Of a stretch of DNA of 64,000 nt, positions 54,428-63,443 are shown piece by piece (position 1 is the first letter of the stretch; every line of letters begins with the position of its first letter). This DNA is from Sphingomicrobium sp. (GTDB lineage Bacteria > Pseudomonadota > Alphaproteobacteria > Sphingomonadales > Sphingomonadaceae): the NCBI GenBank assembly GCA_039919075.1, contig JBDSGJ010000005.1:46927-110926 (forward strand). The letters run 5' to 3'. Position numbers and translations under genes: made by a program. The notes beneath the pieces were generated by a model. That model saw only the letters and a list, made by a program, of their open reading frames with translations. It ran no database searches and was not told the DNA's origin.

Positions 54428-54631
54428 ATGATAGTGACTATATCGAATGTGGACGATGCTGACTTTTCAGTGGTTGTGGAGCCGTACGCCGAAGAGCGAC
54501 CGTTGCCAAGGAAGTCCTCAATCAAGATCGAAATCTTATCAATTGCATTGAGTGATTATGAGATTGTTGTTGGCGATGCTGTTATATCTTTATTTATACC
54601 ATCGGATGCAAAGTATAAGTTTATCGACTGA
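54428..54631 (+). CDS. Candidate immunity protein
   Basis: Acidic 67-aa ORF with a GGGAG RBS, 18 bp after the RHS stop, AT-rich. Confidence 0.6.
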   Translation: MIVTISNVDDADFSVVVEPYAEERPLPRKSSIKIEILSIALSDYEIVVGDAVISLFIPSDAKYKFID

Positions 54632-54762
54632 TACAAGCAATTAACCAAGTTGATCTATTCGTATATATGCAAACCCAGTTAGAATTTATTTTATGCAAAG
54701 GATGGAAACGTTCGCTTTAACAAATGGTCAATTAACCCATTGTAGCTTGATCTTGCAATCGG

Positions 54763-57700
54763 TCAGGTTTTGGAGGGGGGACTACACGGCACTGTGTGGG
54801 GAGACTCCGGTGCCGTTTCGGAACCATGGGTTGTGTGGGTTGAGCGCTCATTCGATGACTTCAGTTTACGTCGCAGGTTCGACGGATCGATCTCAAGCCG
54901 CCGCGCAGTTGCTCGAAGTCCGTCACGTCTCACGGAGACCCGAAGATGGCCAAGTTCGGCCTGCCGTTCGCCACTAAACTTAGCTGCTAGACGTCGGGCC
55001 GTTGGCAATCGCCTCGTTACTTTCTCCGCCAGCTTTTTGATCTTAGGAGATTCCGGGTCTGCCACGAGTGCCTTCAGGCGAGAAATTGGAATGCCAATCA
55101 GCCTCGACCCGGTCGCGTCACCAAAGTCAAACAGATAGGATCGCAGCTCCTCGGCTACTTGGTCGGGTGACGCGCCATAAGCGACGAGGCTGTCTGGATT
55201 GAGCCCAAGGATGGCTAGCCGCTGCCAGTCGTTCGATTCCTTGCCGATATGGATGACGTGACCGGCGTGGATATGGCGCCGCCTCGTCGTGCCCCGGTCC
55301 CAGTAATCCCCGTTTAGGAACTTCGACTCAGGTTGAAGATAGTATTGGGCGAGTGCCTCAGCGTAGGTTTTGAGCGCGTCACTCGAAATCGGATCACCGC
55401 TGATTCGATCAAATGCCCCCCCTATCGCCTTAGCGTTAGACGAATCGAAGGGCGCAATTGGCCTGATGTCCGTTCGCTTCAACCGCTTCGCCCGGCGTTC
55501 GCTATCGATTACGCTTTCGACCGGCGCATCCTTCTTCGCCGTCATCGCCAGCAAAAAGCCGAATGGCTTCACCTGACTGCGATACGGCTTTCCCTTATTG
55601 AATTTCGAGAACCATTTGAGCAATTCGGGGGTAGTAGCCCCATAGCGGCTAATTGCCGGTCGCCTAAGGCCTGGATGAAAATCCATTGGCACCCTATTAG
55701 GATTGCCGCTCAGTGCAGCACAAATGATTTGATACCAAACATCCGCGTGCCAGCGCTCAATCCCTTTGCCCAAGACGGACCTATCCGGCGCCAGTATTGA
55801 TTTTGGCGCATCCGTTTCTGGATAGGGTGCTAAATGCTGCCCTAAGCCGTGAGCCGATACCTTTCGCATCATCGGCTTTTCGTCCGCTCCTAAATTAAAA
55901 AGAGCATAGCGTTTCGACGATATGGCCCAGCAGAAAAGCGGCTCCGGCAAATTGCTTTGAAGTCCCGAATTCACATCCTCAGTTTTTAGGATCGAACCTG
56001 GAAAACAATAGGGGTTCAGCGCCTCGAACCAATTCACAATCGACGCAACGCGGCTTTCAAATTCGGACGGATTCATCCCATCAGGCTTTGCAATCGCAAT
56101 GCTATCAGTATCGCAAAAAGCCCAATCCATTCCGCTTTCGATTGTCAGCGTCTCGGCAATTGCCAACATTAGCCGAGCGGCGCCTGTAATGAGTGTGCCG
56201 AGCAATGGATGAAAATACGAGCCGGGCATTTCCGATTTATCGGTTTCAAAGCTAAACGGCTCGCACGTAGAGCTATGCACTGTCGTTTTCGATTTGGAAG
56301 CGCGGCTATCGACATTGACCTCGATATAGATTCCATAGCTGACCGAATTGGCCGCAATCTTCAGCGCGTTCTGTTCAGTGTCCAGCGAATCCAATTCATT
56401 GCCAGTCGCCCCGGCCTTCCGGCCCTGAGTGGCCTTTCGCAATTCGATTAGCCGTTTGAAGAAATCGTCTTCGTAAGGTTCGATATGATAGTCCGGATTG
56501 CCAGCGATATCGATCGGTCGGAGACCGTCTTGCGGTATTCCCGCCTCAAACGAGATAGCTTCCAAAACTTCGAGCGATTTGCCGGTCAAAAGCTTTGAAG
56601 CGATGCAGTCCGCCAGCGTGAACCACAGCGGGGTTGCAGAGGTTAGGTGATTGGCGCCGATGGTCGTTTGCGCCTCGCCGCTGTACGCAGCGCGGACTGG
56701 GAAGATTTCCCCCGCCGCTTGGACGCGAACAAGAGTGGTCAGGCCGAGCCAGATTGGCTTGGACTGGAGCACAAGCAAGTCGATCGCTTCCAGCAGCTCC
56801 CTTGTCTCCGTTGTCGAGTCGCGCCACGTAACCCCTTCAGCCGCCACAAATCGCCATAGATTCATGAGCGTGCAAACTGTCGGGTACATCGATAGGAAGT
56901 CGCAAAGGATGATCTGCCGCATCTCGCGCCGAATGCGAACCTCGGAGCGCCCGCCGAAATAGCTGCCCATGATCTTGGCGAGCAGGTGGCGGGGAAATTC
57001 CGGTTGCACGTCGCGCCATGGGCGAACGCCCATTTCCCTGAGATAGCCCTTGCCGATGCTGGCTTCGCTGTAAATTTTCTCTGGTATGGTTCGCGAGAAA
57101 CCAAGCTTGGCGAACCGCCGTTGTAATTCGGCATAGCATTCCCAGGTCGTTTGAACGTCGCCGACCGCATAGCGGACCATATCCTCGGTGATTGGCCCGT
57201 TGAATTCATCGAATTCGATTTTGGGATTGGCTACTTTCAGGAAATTGCCCAAGCCTTGGAGACTAAAGCTTCTAGCAAACAAGGCTGAGGCCAAAGTCTT
57301 GACGTCAATGAAATGCCCGCGCCGGACTGGGATCGCCAGCCCACGATTGCGGTGACCGCGACCGTCCTTTTGACGCATCGGCGCCGAGAAGGCGATTAGG
57401 GCCGATCGGCGGGACAAATGCTTGACTCGGATATTGGGCCAGATTTTTTGCTCGGACAGTTTGAAGGTGAAGGCGCCCCGCATAGGAGCTTTGTCTTGGG
57501 CGAGCGGCGTCTTGGCCGTCCCATGGCTAATCGCTATGCGGGATATATCGAACGGAAGGTTAAATCCGACGATCGTTGCCCGGAGCATATAAGCCCGCTG
57601 GAAAAAGACTTCATCGACGAATTCAGTTCGCGTTCGCAGTTTGAGACCGTGCAAAGCCGCATGCTGACCGATGACCTCAAGTTCGGACGGCAAGACTCCC

Positions 57701-57954
57701 TCAGGATCGTAGAAGATTCCAGCTTCGTCCAATTCTTCGCCGCACCGAAATTGATAGGTGCCGAAGCGGAGCGCTTGCGCCGCATCGGTTGTAGTCTCGG
57801 TATCGAATATCAGCGTGAAGTCAGACGCCGGGAGTGCAGGCTTGCGCTCCTTGCGCGGCGGTTTGTTCGGGTCCGGCAAGATCGTGAACGTCGGTCCGGT
57901 ATACGCCCGCAGCGCGATTGGAAGAAAGTCCGTGATTGGGGGGATGTTGGACAT
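54763..57954 (-). CDS. polB: Family B DNA polymerase (casposon, probably protein-primed type) with C-terminal HTH
   Basis: ExoI FDTETT, ExoII GFNLPFD, ExoIII YAVGD; YFGGRSE; motif A CDFLSMYP; motif B KIAANSVSYG; motif C CDTDS. Confidence 0.93.
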   Translation of the reverse strand: MSNIPPITDFLPIALRAYTGPTFTILPDPNKPPRKERKPALPASDFTLIFDTETTTDAAQALRFGTYQFRCGEELDEAGIFYDPEGVLPSELEVIGQHAALHGLKLRTRTEFVDEVFFQRAYMLRATIVGFNLPFDISRIAISHGTAKTPLAQDKAPMRGAFTFKLSEQKIWPNIRVKHLSRRSALIAFSAPMRQKDGRGHRNRGLAIPVRRGHFIDVKTLASALFARSFSLQGLGNFLKVANPKIEFDEFNGPITEDMVRYAVGDVQTTWECYAELQRRFAKLGFSRTIPEKIYSEASIGKGYLREMGVRPWRDVQPEFPRHLLAKIMGSYFGGRSEVRIRREMRQIILCDFLSMYPTVCTLMNLWRFVAAEGVTWRDSTTETRELLEAIDLLVLQSKPIWLGLTTLVRVQAAGEIFPVRAAYSGEAQTTIGANHLTSATPLWFTLADCIASKLLTGKSLEVLEAISFEAGIPQDGLRPIDIAGNPDYHIEPYEDDFFKRLIELRKATQGRKAGATGNELDSLDTEQNALKIAANSVSYGIYIEVNVDSRASKSKTTVHSSTCEPFSFETDKSEMPGSYFHPLLGTLITGAARLMLAIAETLTIESGMDWAFCDTDSIAIAKPDGMNPSEFESRVASIVNWFEALNPYCFPGSILKTEDVNSGLQSNLPEPLFCWAISSKRYALFNLGADEKPMMRKVSAHGLGQHLAPYPETDAPKSILAPDRSVLGKGIERWHADVWYQIICAALSGNPNRVPMDFHPGLRRPAISRYGATTPELLKWFSKFNKGKPYRSQVKPFGFLLAMTAKKDAPVESVIDSERRAKRLKRTDIRPIAPFDSSNAKAIGGAFDRISGDPISSDALKTYAEALAQYYLQPESKFLNGDYWDRGTTRRRHIHAGHVIHIGKESNDWQRLAILGLNPDSLVAYGASPDQVAEELRSYLFDFGDATGSRLIGIPISRLKALVADPESPKIKKLAEKVTRRLPTARRLAAKFSGERQAELGHLRVSVRRDGLRATARRLEIDPSNLRRKLKSSNERSTHTTHGSETAPESPHTVPCSPPSKT

Positions 57955-58316
57955 TAGAAATCTCCCGAGGGTGTTGGTGCAGAGCGTTCGATAAGCTGTT
58001 CGCCAAAGGTCGTGAGCTTTTCGAGGATGCGTCGAAGCATGTCGGCCAGGCCAAGCAGAAAGCGGCCAATGGCGTGCAACGTCGCATCGGCGTTCGGATC
58101 GAAGGCCGGATGGTCCTTCTGGGTATCGGATAGCTTGCGGTGGCAATTGCGACATGCGATCACGGTGGTGTCATCGCAGCCGAAATCGGCGGCGTGATGA
58201 AGCTCCATGCAGCGCCAGTCATCTTCGCCGCAAATGCAGCAGCTCGGTTCATTCGATCCTAGCGCTTCGAGCCGACGCTGCTTTCGCTGTTCCCACTTAA
58301 GTTGATCTTCGGTCAC
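57954..58316 (-). CDS. HNH endonuclease-like Zn-binding protein
   Basis: CCICG...ELHH...IACRNCHRK; GGAG RBS before the GTG; its stop overlaps the polB ATG (TAATG). Confidence 0.8.
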   Translation of the reverse strand: MTEDQLKWEQRKQRRLEALGSNEPSCCICGEDDWRCMELHHAADFGCDDTTVIACRNCHRKLSDTQKDHPAFDPNADATLHAIGRFLLGLADMLRRILEKLTTFGEQLIERSAPTPSGDF

Positions 58317-58329
58317 GTTAGTTCTCCTT

Positions 58330-58899
58330 TCAAATGATGAGACGGTAGATTTCATGGAAAACTTCATCGCCCTGCGCGGCCATGCGGTGCAGGCGGTTGG
58401 GGTCAGTTTCGAGGGGATGCATCTTGCCATGCACATCGCGGACCGAACGGCCTTCGAAGGGTCGGAGCAGGTCGATATCGTTCGAGTTCAGAAAGGCGCC
58501 GACTGCTGCCGAGTGCTGGCCATTGAGGGAGGCTTGCTCAAAGCCGTCGAGCGTAAGTTCTTTCGAATCGCCCTCAGTTATGACCGTCATGCGACGCGGG
58601 CGGTTGTCGGTGATTTGCCAAAGGCGCCCGGTCCGTTGTGCAAGGGAGTTGTGGCGCAGGAAACGGCGGAATCGCTCGGGTGCGACCCCGGCCTGTTTCG
58701 CAGCGGCGGCTTGGCGACCCGTTTGGCGTAGGAGCTTCAGCGCCGCTTCAAGCTTTTGGTCGGTAATGAAAGGCTGAGCGCGAACGGGCGACTCGATCGA
58801 TCGAGCGTGGCCGCGAGCCTGCGACCGACTCAGGCCGCGCTTGGCGGCGTTCGCGATGCGGCGCTGATATTCAGCCTGATAGTTGCGAGTCGTTGCCAT
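58330..58899 (-). CDS. Hypothetical DNA-binding protein (HTH-like)
   Basis: AAAAKQAGVAPERFRRFL helix-turn-helix-like segment; first gene of the operon with HNH and polB. Confidence 0.6.
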   Translation of the reverse strand: MATTRNYQAEYQRRIANAAKRGLSRSQARGHARSIESPVRAQPFITDQKLEAALKLLRQTGRQAAAAKQAGVAPERFRRFLRHNSLAQRTGRLWQITDNRPRRMTVITEGDSKELTLDGFEQASLNGQHSAAVGAFLNSNDIDLLRPFEGRSVRDVHGKMHPLETDPNRLHRMAAQGDEVFHEIYRLII

Positions 58900-58973
58900 G
58901 CCCCAATTGGAGCTGGAGTCAGGACGCTACGCGAATCGAATAAAGGAAAGAATTACGAACAGTTTTGTCTAGA

Positions 58974-59633
58974 TCAATTCGATTTCCAAAAGACCTTCAA
59001 ATGCCGATCAATAGCTCTATTACTTGGAGCGGAATTCGTAAAAATATGAGGAAACATTATTAGACCATGGCGATGAACAGCGGACGATTGTCGGCCCGGC
59101 TTCAATCCTTCTATTTGACTCTTGATCGATTCTGCGATTGCAAAAACATAGCTTTTAATTGAGGGGCGTCCTATTTTGGTTTCCTGTAGTTCAATGGCCC
59201 CAGCGACACGCACCTTGGCATAACGGTATTCGCCGTCGCGGAATTCTGACTTTCGGTAATCAATAAATTTGTGTTGAAAGAGAAAGGGCGGAACAAGCTC
59301 ATGTGGTGCATCTGACCCTTTTGAGGTGAGAAAACCAATTGCAATTAGCCGACCGCTTTCGAGAGCTTCGATAAATTGGTTTTGCTGACTGCAATATGAT
59401 TCGGTCCTTATCGCCAAATCGACCTGCAAATTTTCTGCGGCCTTAAAAATTAGCTCCGCATCGCTACCGGCAGTCGCGAATTTATGCCGCGAATATTGCG
59501 AATTATCCCTGATTTGGCCTTCAACTTTTGCTAGTCGGGATTCGTCCGGATTTGGCACGAACGTCGCCAATATCTTGCTTAGCGGCGTGCCGCTTTGCCA
59601 CAAACGGGACAGGGTCGCGGTGCTTAGTGGCAT
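58974..59633 (-). CDS. Hypothetical protein (start could extend to 59702)
   Basis: Long open frame in an AT-rich stretch; C-terminal GRPS followed by a helical segment. Confidence 0.6.
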   Translation of the reverse strand: MPLSTATLSRLWQSGTPLSKILATFVPNPDESRLAKVEGQIRDNSQYSRHKFATAGSDAELIFKAAENLQVDLAIRTESYCSQQNQFIEALESGRLIAIGFLTSKGSDAPHELVPPFLFQHKFIDYRKSEFRDGEYRYAKVRVAGAIELQETKIGRPSIKSYVFAIAESIKSQIEGLKPGRQSSAVHRHGLIMFPHIFTNSAPSNRAIDRHLKVFWKSN

Positions 59634-59729
59634 GAGGGCGGCGGCTGAATAGTCATTGGGAATCCGGTGATAAGGGGCGGATTTTAAAGACCCGTTAACC
59701 ACCTAAACATGATGTGAATTCAGCTCTTT

Positions 59730-60851
59730 ATGTTAAAGGTCGGTATGCTCCATGGAATTGAAATTCGATCCGACGAAATTGCCGACGAGTGGGCGATCCG
59801 CTCTGAGTTCTGGCAAGGCGAAGCGGCTTCCCCGAAACGGGTTCGTCGCAAGCGAGAGCGCAACGCGCAACCCTTAATTTTATGCGGACATGGCGTGTCG
59901 CTCCGGATTGAAAATGGCGCGCTCGTAATTCGGGACGGCTTCACGCATTACCCACAAGAGCAGGCGCGGTATCGGTTTTTCCCACGCGACCTAGAGCTTC
60001 CAACGCGCATTCTCTTGCTGGACGGTAGTGGAACCCTCTCGTTCGACGTATTGAACTGGCTTGCCGACCAAGGCGTTGCACTGGCCCGCATCAAATGGAC
60101 TGGCGAGGTCGCGACAGTGGCGGGCGGGAATGGTTACGCGGCGGACCCCGCGAAATTGGATTGGCAGAAGGAAACTCGTGGCAACCCCGCGAAACGCCAC
60201 GCTTTTGCAGCCAATCTTATTCGCCTGAAAGTTGTTGCCAGCCTCGATACGCTTGAGCGCTGCATCCCGGACACTCGCGCCCGCCAAATGGCGACCGGAA
60301 AAGCAAGGGCGGCGATCGAACGACTCCAAGTCGAAGTTTTCCCTGACTTGAATGCGATATTTGCGGTCGAAGGTGAGTGTGCGTCATCCTACTTCGCGGC
60401 GTGGCACGGACTGCCGGTTCATTGGATTGGGCTTTCTAGGCGTCCCGTTCCCAATGATTGGCAGTGCTACTCGGGGCGCAGCTCGCTCGCAGTTGGCATC
60501 AAACCGGAGAACCGGAACGCCTCACACCCTATCAACGCGATGTTGAATTACGCTTACGCGGTGAAACTCTCGCAGCTTCAAATCGACACGATCGCGGGCG
60601 GGTTCGATCCCAGACTGGGGATCATGCATAACAGTCACAAGGGCACCCCGGCGCTGGTTTTGGATTTCATCGAGCTAGAGAGGCCCCGCGTTGACGCAAA
60701 GATATTGGAACTGGTCGCAACCCGCAAATTTGCGGCGGCTGATTTCATCGTAAAGGATGATGGTGTCTGTCGCCTGTCGCCGCAGCTAGCGCGGGCCGTC
60801 GCCATCCTTACGGTCCAATGCAAACCGTTTGGACTTCCGACCACGCTTTAA
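59730..60851 (+). CDS. cas1: Stand-alone Cas1 (casposase)
   Basis: Cas1 catalytic-type motifs EGECASSYF, INAMLNYAY, GFDPRLGIMH, LVLDFIELERPRVD; N-terminal LRIENGALVI beta domain; no cas2 or array nearby. Confidence 0.92.
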   Translation: MLKVGMLHGIEIRSDEIADEWAIRSEFWQGEAASPKRVRRKRERNAQPLILCGHGVSLRIENGALVIRDGFTHYPQEQARYRFFPRDLELPTRILLLDGSGTLSFDVLNWLADQGVALARIKWTGEVATVAGGNGYAADPAKLDWQKETRGNPAKRHAFAANLIRLKVVASLDTLERCIPDTRARQMATGKARAAIERLQVEVFPDLNAIFAVEGECASSYFAAWHGLPVHWIGLSRRPVPNDWQCYSGRSSLAVGIKPENRNASHPINAMLNYAYAVKLSQLQIDTIAGGFDPRLGIMHNSHKGTPALVLDFIELERPRVDAKILELVATRKFAAADFIVKDDGVCRLSPQLARAVAILTVQCKPFGLPTTL

Positions 60852-61085
60852 GCCCGCTTCCAAGGCACCCCCCTCAGCAAGCGGCACGAACAGCTCGCTT
60901 AGGTGAACGCCCAATGTCGCGGCGAGTTTGTCGAGGACATCAACGCTCGGATTCTCCTCAGCGCGTTCCACTCCACCTAAATAGGAACGGTCCACTCCAG
61001 CATCAAAAGCAAGCCGTTCTTGCGAAACATCACTCGCAACGCGAATGCGCCTTAGGTTTCGTGCAATGATATCGCGCCCGCGCAT
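60786..61085 (-). CDS. XRE family HTH regulator
   Basis: NLRRIR...VSQERLA..AGVDRSYLGGVERAEENPSVDVLDKLA. Confidence 0.9.
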   Translation of the reverse strand: MRGRDIIARNLRRIRVASDVSQERLAFDAGVDRSYLGGVERAEENPSVDVLDKLAATLGVHLSELFVPLAEGGALEAGLKRGRKSKRFALDRKDGDGPR

Positions 61086-61174
61086 AGGCAGGCCAAAGCT
61101 ATTTACGGGACATTAAACCACGGGCGATATCCATCTAATTAGAGTTTCAAGGTCACTCTGATGGAGATGTCACC

Positions 61175-61765
61175 ATGTTTTTCCTTCCCCTGCTGTTAGC
61201 GACAATATCCCAAGCCCCTGCTTCCCCTCGTTCCTCGTCCCTCCCCAACGCCGATAATGGTCGAAATGCCAAGGTCATATCTGCAACCCTAGCGAGAGAC
61301 ATAGATGGGGTAGCGCTTGGCGCGTCTATCGGCAGCGTTCGCAAGATGATGACGCTCACGTCGATCGGCGGCGAGCAATTCCAAGGCCGAATGGCGTCAG
61401 TCGATTTTGACCTTGAGTTCACGCCCTTAGGGCGGTTGTTCCGCATAAGCTCGAAACAGAATTTGGGGCAATTCGAGATAGATAAGGATTTCAACCAGAC
61501 CTTAAACCGCAGACTAGCTACAAAATACGGTGTCCCGCGCGGCGCTTCGATCGACACCCGCTATTGGAAGCTAATTCAGGACGTCGAAGATGCCGATGGG
61601 AAACAGCATCCCTTTGTCGTCAACTGGTTGAATGTTGATGCATCGCGCGGCTACGATGGGGTCGAGTTGACGATGACGATGATCGATTTCCGCTACCTCA
61701 TGGCCGATAGGGCCAGATTGAACCACAAACCTCGCAATCAGGCCGAGGGGAATATTTCATTCTGA
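61175..61765 (+). CDS. Hypothetical secreted protein
   Basis: Hydrophobic N-terminus MFFLPLLLATISQAPA; 196-aa open frame. Confidence 0.6.
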   Translation: MFFLPLLLATISQAPASPRSSSLPNADNGRNAKVISATLARDIDGVALGASIGSVRKMMTLTSIGGEQFQGRMASVDFDLEFTPLGRLFRISSKQNLGQFEIDKDFNQTLNRRLATKYGVPRGASIDTRYWKLIQDVEDADGKQHPFVVNWLNVDASRGYDGVELTMTMIDFRYLMADRARLNHKPRNQAEGNISF

Positions 61766-61895
61766 AGTGTCCACTATCACATGACGGACGAGCCGAGCCA
61801 TAGACTGCACGGGCCAATACACTTTAGGTTGCTAAAATCAGTTAGCTTCACAGTAGAATGGCAATTAATTTCTGATATGCTTTGCGACCAGAAGG

Positions 61896-63362
61896 GTGAA
61901 TGATTTGGCCAAAGGCAGACGCAACCAGCGAGTATCCACGGTTTATAAACTCAAACGGTCGCAGGCGACTTTAGATTTTGTGGACGTAGATGTAGCTCGG
62001 GACACGAAGGTCTTTGTTAGCCCGCGTGCGCTCACGCTTATGCAAACAGATTGGGGCGATGGCTGCGTTTCACTCGTTCAAAACTTCTTCGAAACCGTCC
62101 TTCAGCGAATCAAGGATGGAGATGACGCGGGTGCCGAAGCTCTTTTGCAGGAATTAAGGGAGCCTAATGAAACACATCTTGGGCTTTCGAGTAGGGAGTC
62201 GCGCGGCCGCGCGTTGGGCAATGAATCCGCGCATGATGTTTGGTCTGCGCTCAGCCAGAGTGCGGCCGCAAAATCGGGCCTCATTCACGACCTCGAAGAC
62301 ACGGTGCTTCTGATTCACGGTATTGGGGTAGATATTGTCTCGGATGTGACCACCAATATCATACGCGGCCCGTTGATCGCTTACACTCAAGAGCAATGCA
62401 GACAGCTTGGCATTCCGCTCATTGCGGACGTGCCATCGGGACCGATTTGGCACCCGGCAAGGCGAGAATGGATTGCCAAATTTGTTGAACTTCCAATGCC
62501 TAAGACCGGGAAACTTTTGCTTGTTCCAAAGGCGATCGTCCGGCGCACGTCACTTTATGACATGCAGGAGTATTATCGTCATTTCATGCTTGAACACATG
62601 CAACGTGAAGAACTTAAGGCCGGTTCGGCCCTAATAACTATGTTGAAGAAGGGGCCAAAAGTTCACAAAAGCGATCTGATTGATAAGTATGGTGGCGACA
62701 AGAGCGCCGTAATCGAGCAAACGATGAAATATCCCGATGTCTTAGACGACTATCGTCGGGAAAAAGGCAAACGTCCGTTCCTACCCCTCAGTCACGAAGA
62801 CCTCGAAAACCTTGAAGGCAGCTCGCCCGTGGATTGGGATTCGCTCCTAGACGCGGTGACATCGCTGCCGACTGGCACCCAGGACGCATCTTCCTACGAA
62901 AAGGCTATCGAAGCGCTTCTTACTGCACTCTTTTACCCCGATTTGGTTCATCCTGTATATCAACATGAAATCCATGACGGTCGAAAACGGATCGATATCA
63001 AATATACCAATATGGGCGGAGCCGGATTCTTCGCTTGGTTATCTAGGCACTACACAGCGCCCCAAGTTTTCGTGGAATGCAAAAATTACGGTGGCAAAGT
63101 CGCAAACCCAGAACTCGATCAGCTCGCTGGTCGGTTTGGTCGCAGTCGAGGCAATTTCGGAATTCTTGTTTGCCGTCAGTTCGATAACACGGCTCGATTT
63201 CAGCAAAGCTGTTGCGATACCGCTAGGGACGATCGGGGTTATATCGTTGCACTCGACGACGACGATTTGAAGGCACTCGTGGAGGCTCGCAAGGCCAATG
63301 ACGAAGAAGTTTATCGAGATTTACCCCTACTAAGAGAGCGTTTCGAGCAACTCATTGCATAG
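61896..63362 (+). CDS. Hypothetical protein with a C-terminal PD-(D/E)XK restriction-endonuclease-like domain
   Basis: YEKAIEALL...RIDIKY...VFVECKNYG...LDQL.GRF motif order. Confidence 0.7.
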   Translation: MNDLAKGRRNQRVSTVYKLKRSQATLDFVDVDVARDTKVFVSPRALTLMQTDWGDGCVSLVQNFFETVLQRIKDGDDAGAEALLQELREPNETHLGLSSRESRGRALGNESAHDVWSALSQSAAAKSGLIHDLEDTVLLIHGIGVDIVSDVTTNIIRGPLIAYTQEQCRQLGIPLIADVPSGPIWHPARREWIAKFVELPMPKTGKLLLVPKAIVRRTSLYDMQEYYRHFMLEHMQREELKAGSALITMLKKGPKVHKSDLIDKYGGDKSAVIEQTMKYPDVLDDYRREKGKRPFLPLSHEDLENLEGSSPVDWDSLLDAVTSLPTGTQDASSYEKAIEALLTALFYPDLVHPVYQHEIHDGRKRIDIKYTNMGGAGFFAWLSRHYTAPQVFVECKNYGGKVANPELDQLAGRFGRSRGNFGILVCRQFDNTARFQQSCCDTARDDRGYIVALDDDDLKALVEARKANDEEVYRDLPLLRERFEQLIA

Positions 63363-63443
63363 GACGGATTGCATCTGGCTAGCGGCCACCAAAGTTCAAA
63401 TGGTCGGGAACGGCGGGCACACCGACTACCCCATCGCCGCAAG

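Noticed and set aside
59730-60851. cas1 as part of a CRISPR-Cas locus
   Set aside because: No cas2, interference genes or repeat-spacer array seen anywhere in the window; the PolB, TIR and TSD context points to a casposon
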